DNA of 63,997 nucleotides, counting the filler, from Reclinomonas americana ATCC 50394 (Eukaryota), in the NCBI GenBank assembly GCA_048213135.1. It is 11 parts of 6 records of this genome, joined end to end, with 100 filler letters (N's around TTAATTAATTAA, not from the genome) between each part and the next. Parts side by side here need not be neighbours in the genome. Positions count along the whole stretch, not along the records: positions 59,263 to 60,674 come from PS015747.1; positions 60,775 to 63,997 come from PS015748.1; 9 more parts are not named here. One strand, 5' to 3'. The position numbers were made by a program, and so were the translations under genes. Below, in pieces: positions 59,848 through 63,997 of this stretch. Below the pieces are notes generated by a model. The model did no database searches and had not been told where the DNA came from. It saw only the letters and a program-made list of their open reading frames with translations. Every line of letters starts with the position of its first letter. Position 1 is the first letter of the stretch.

Positions 59848-60521
59848 TGTGCCAGGGCGGATCGTCACCTCTCAAGTACTGGTCCGCGAACTCCCGCGTC
59901 GCAGGCCTGTGCACCGGCACATGGACCACCATCATGGACACCTCGGCCGACGCTCTTTGCGCCTCACCCACCTATTCAGTGTGCACGTTTATCGACGGCG
60001 GCAGCAGTGGTCCTCTCTCCGTCATCACCGGCACCAGTGCGCAGTCGGCAACTGCGAATGGATGCTTTGCGTACCGAGCGGCGGGCGACTTCAACACGTG
60101 CAAAGCGTTTCTGGCCACCGACAATAGCTCGAACGACATGCAGGGAGTCGGCGGCGGTTGTAGGTGAATTACTCAAGCATTTAGACTTGTGACTCAGTTG
60201 CCCGGTGTCTCACTCGTGTATGTTTCGTGCCACCCGCAGTTCACGACAGACAGCATTTTCGTGCAGCGCCACTCGCATGGACTACTCCAAGGACAGCAAC
60301 ACCGGCGCCTTTGTGAACATGTTCAACCCAAATGGTGTGGTGTGCTGCGGTCCGGCCACCAACAGCGCACCGACTGACATTGTGCTGAGCTCTTCCACGT
60401 ACACGGCACCGTCTACCGCCGGCACGGTTGTGGGCACGCTGTCGGCGGTGGACGTGGACCCAATCGACACGTTTACCTTCTCCATCACGGGCGGCACCAA
60501 TGCGTCGAGTTTTTCGATCAC
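59848..60521 (+). CDS. Extracellular protein fragment: Cys-rich module followed by a cadherin-like domain
   Basis: Exons 59848-60163 and 60240-60521. NSAPTDIVLSSSTYTAPSTAGTVVGTLSAVDVDPIDTFTFSITGG matches the cadherin repeat pattern (GT.V..L.A.D.D). Confidence 0.7.
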
Positions 60522-62898
60522 GTGCGTCCGCCCATCTGTGTGGCTTCTCTCTCTGTCTCTCTCTCTCTCTCTCTCTGCTGTACGCCAAGGCGATGTACGT
60601 ACAGCAGCTCGCCCTCGAAGGTCTTGTAGTTAGTTTTGGTTTGTTTGTTTTAGAAGTTACGTGGTTCTTGGTCANNNNNNNNNNNNNNNNNNNNNNNNNN
60701 NNNNNNNNNNNNNNNNNNTTAATTAATTAANNNNNNNNNNNNNNNNNNNNNNNNNNNNNNNNNNNNNNNNNNNNAGGGAAGGCGGGTAAAGAGGGAAGGG
60801 AGGTGAAGAGGGAAGAATGTAAAGAGGGAAGGAGGGTGAAGAGGGAAGGGAGATAGAGGGAAGGGGGTGAAGAGGGAAGGGGGGAAAGAGGGAAGGCGGG
60901 TGAAGAGGGAAGGGAGGTAAAGAGGGAAGGCGGGTGAAGAGGGAAGTGGGAAAAGAGGGAAGGGGGTGAAGAGGGAAGGGGGGTAAAGAGGGAAGGGGGA
61001 AGGGGAAGGGAGAAAAGAGGGAAGTTGGAGGAGGGAATTGAGACAGGGAGAAGGGAGGGAGATAATGGGCGATGTGGAAGGATGTGAGACGAGGAGAAGA
61101 GAGGTTAGGTTGGAAGGGGGGGAGGGAGGTGAGGCAAGGAGAAGAGAGTTCTTGATGGCATTTTGCATGGAAGAGACAGAGGGTGGAAGTGTGTTGATGG
61201 GAACAAGGGAGAGAGAAACAGACTGAAGAAAGTATGTTGAATTTGTGTGTATTGCAAGAGAGGAAAAGGCAGGAGGGAGAACGGGAACAGATTAGCTTTG
61301 GAAGTGTGTGGATGGGAACGCGTTGGGGAGTGTAACAAAGGGAAGTGTGTCTGTGGAGTGTTTGTGGCGCAAGAGAGGACCGTCAGGAGATGAATAGGTT
61401 GTGGTATTGTGTGGATGTGGATTGAAACGATTGAGAGAATGAGAGTGCCAAGAATGGAAAGGAGAAGGACGGAAAGGAGACGGATTGGTTGTGGCAGTGA
61501 GTGTGTTGATGGAGATGTGAAGGAGAGAGAAACAGAGAGAAGTGTGTCGGTGGAGATTGGATGGCAAGAGAGGATCGTCNNNNNNNNNNNNNNNNNNNNA
61601 GGAGGGGGGGGGGGGGGAAAGGATGGGTCGTGGTAGATAGTGTGGATGGATGCGAGGAAGAGAGAACCAAAGAGAATTGAGTTCGAGGAGATTGCGTGTG
61701 GCATGCGAAGAAATGCAGAGGGGGGAGGGAAAGGATTTATCGTGGTAGATATTGTGGATGGATGTAAGGGAGAGGAAAAGAATGTCTGTGGAAATGTGTG
61801 TGTGAAAGGGAGAATCAACAGAGGGGGAAAGAAAATGATACGTTGTTAAAGTCTGTGTGGATGGATGCAAGGGAGAGGAGAAGAATGTCTGTGGAAATGT
61901 GTGTGTGTGTGGCAGAGAGAATCGACAGAGAAGGGATGGAACGGATTGGTTGTGGTTGAGTGTGACACATGGGAATACATTGGAGAGAGAAACAAAGAGG
62001 AGAATGTTTGCGGAGGCTGCTTGTGTGTGTGGCAAGGGAGGATCATCAGACCTGAGAAGGGAAATGATACCTTCTTTGGCATTGTGGATGAGAATGCATT
62101 GGAGAGGTAGTAACAAAAGGAAGTGTGCCGTGGAGGCAGTGCGTGTGGTAAGAGAGGATCGTCAGAGGTGCGAAGGGAATGGATACTTTGTGGCAGTGTG
62201 GATGAGAATGCATTGGCGAGATAGTAACAGTAAGAAGTGTGCCGTGGAGGCTGTGTGTGTGCGTGGCAAGGCAGAGGGGGAAAGAGATAGCATACGTTGT
62301 GGTAGTGTGTGGATTGGATGCCATCGAGAGGGTTATAAAGTGAGCGCTGTCAATGGAGGTTGATTCTGTATGCGAGAGAGAGGTTGCAATTGGGAGGGAG
62401 AAGAGAGGAAGGACGGTTTGTCAATATTTGTGGAATTGTGTGACGACGGTAAGAAGGAGAGAGTGAGATAGGAGGAGGGCATCAGTGGAGATTGTTCTTG
62501 TCCTACGAGAGTGAGAGACCGACTGGGGGGAGGAGAGGATTAGTTGTTCCCCTGTGCGATGTGAATGCACCGCATGAGAGGACGGGTTGTGGGTGACGGG
62601 AGTGGAAGACTTGAGGAGGGGAATGGCTGAGACTTTTGGGAGTGTGTGCTTGGGGATTCAACAGATGAGTGACATGGAGGATTGAAGGTCAACTGTGCGT
62701 GTCAGGAGAGGAGGTGAGGGACAGAAGGGAAATGTTGAGGTGCTGTTGATGAGATAAACAACAACAAGTGAGTGAGTCAGAGAGTTTATGTGTGAAACAG
62801 AGAAGAGTGACGGAGGAGTGGGTTGGATATCATGGTATTTTCGATCGCATGGTGTCCACGGCTTGCATGCTGACGATTGCTTCTTGATTGTGCGGCAG

Positions 62899-63926
62899 AT
62901 GAGCACTGGCACTGGCACTCGCTCCGTGGAGATTACACACCGCTTTGTGCAATCGTTCCCGGCGATTCCCACTGTGCTCTTTGGCATCTCCGCTCTCTCC
63001 AATACGATTGAAGGCGACACCGACATTCGCTGCGCGAGGCCGTCGGTCACCAATTTAATGCTGACGGTGCAGTGCTCGGCACTCGGCACTGCGCAGTTCG
63101 ACTCGCTCATTACCAGTTTCGTGAGAGAGGTTTAGTTCTCATGCACACTTGCATGAAACTCACGACCTACGTCGCAGATTTCATTGCCATGTACGCGGAC
63201 CCTGCCGCGACGTACACACACGACAACGAATTGCCGCGTCAGAAAGCTGCCAATGAGTGGCTGAGCCTGGCCACCGACAAGAATTTCACCACGGTTTGTT
63301 GATGCATGCGGACCTGTCCATGGTCCCTGAACTCATTTGTCGCAACCACGCGGCTGTATGTGCAGGAAGTGGTGAATGCCCATGCGTTCGGGTTTGATGA
63401 GATTCCGTCGATTGCGCTGGCGCTGACGGGTGTGCGGTCTATTCGACTCGATCCGAGTGGCACGGCACACAGCGACAACTTTGAGGTGGCCGTCGGTGAG
63501 GCGGCCGCTGCCACCTCGCAGGTGTTGATGACGGTGCGCGGCGATAGTCGCGTGCAGGCGTTGGAGCTGCGCTCCATGCTGGTGGGATCGCGGCTGGTGC
63601 CGCGTGACAATTCCAGTGGCTACGTGATGGTGCCCGGCGGTGAGTTTGACTGCGAAGATTTGCCGGCAGTTGTGCACGATTACTGACATGGATCACCGAC
63701 ATGTTGCACAGAGAGCACGCTGGTGGGCAACACACCGGTGGTGGTCACCCTCATCAGCCGTCAGTCACCCCGCGGGTTGAAACAGACTGATTTCCACACC
63801 GCCGCGTTCTTGCGCGGATGGAAGACGATCGGCACTGGTGCATCGCAGGTCAATCCGTCGATTTTGCCGACAGATGTGGTTCCGTCTCAAGGCAGCGCGT
63901 CGAGTGGAGCGTACGGGCAGCTGACG
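62899..63926 (+). CDS. Protein fragment with tandem H-type-lectin-like repeats
   Basis: HRFVQSFPAIPTVLFGISAL...DIR and AFGFDEIPSIALALTGV repeats. Phase-consistent introns start at 63116, ~63294 and ~63640. Confidence 0.55.
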
Positions 63927-63997
63927 GTGACGGCGAGCAGTGGGGCGAGAAAGGAGAAGGGAGGGCAAGGAGGAAGGGAGGGAGGGCAAGGAGGAAA

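Overview
Intron-rich eukaryotic (protist-like) genomic DNA from a draft assembly, with many N gaps, TTAATTAATTAA linkers and CT/GA/CA microsatellites. Splicing exons by hand gives about 15 genes. In order: two tandem ~60-aa paralogous peptides, a PAN/Apple-domain protein, a Josephin/papain-like Cys-His-Asn protein, a P2B Ca2+-ATPase (PMCA) head-to-head with a CIPK/SnRK3-like kinase, ER Hsp90 (GRP94, KDEL), a NACHT-WD40 protein, NPL4, RPB2 (one exon inverted, 3' part missing), CYFIP/Sra-1, a DUF962/Mpo1-like protein, a Ser/Pro-rich protein, a cadherin-like protein and an H-type-lectin-like protein. The most striking signal is in the splice code. About 37 of the ~120 donors I could place by hand read GTT(G/T/C)CG(T), the normal GTGCGT/GTGAGT motif shifted by one nucleotide so the conserved G sits at +6 instead of +5. 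None of these has G at exon position -1, whereas most normal donors do. All gene models and counts are manual; no database search was run.
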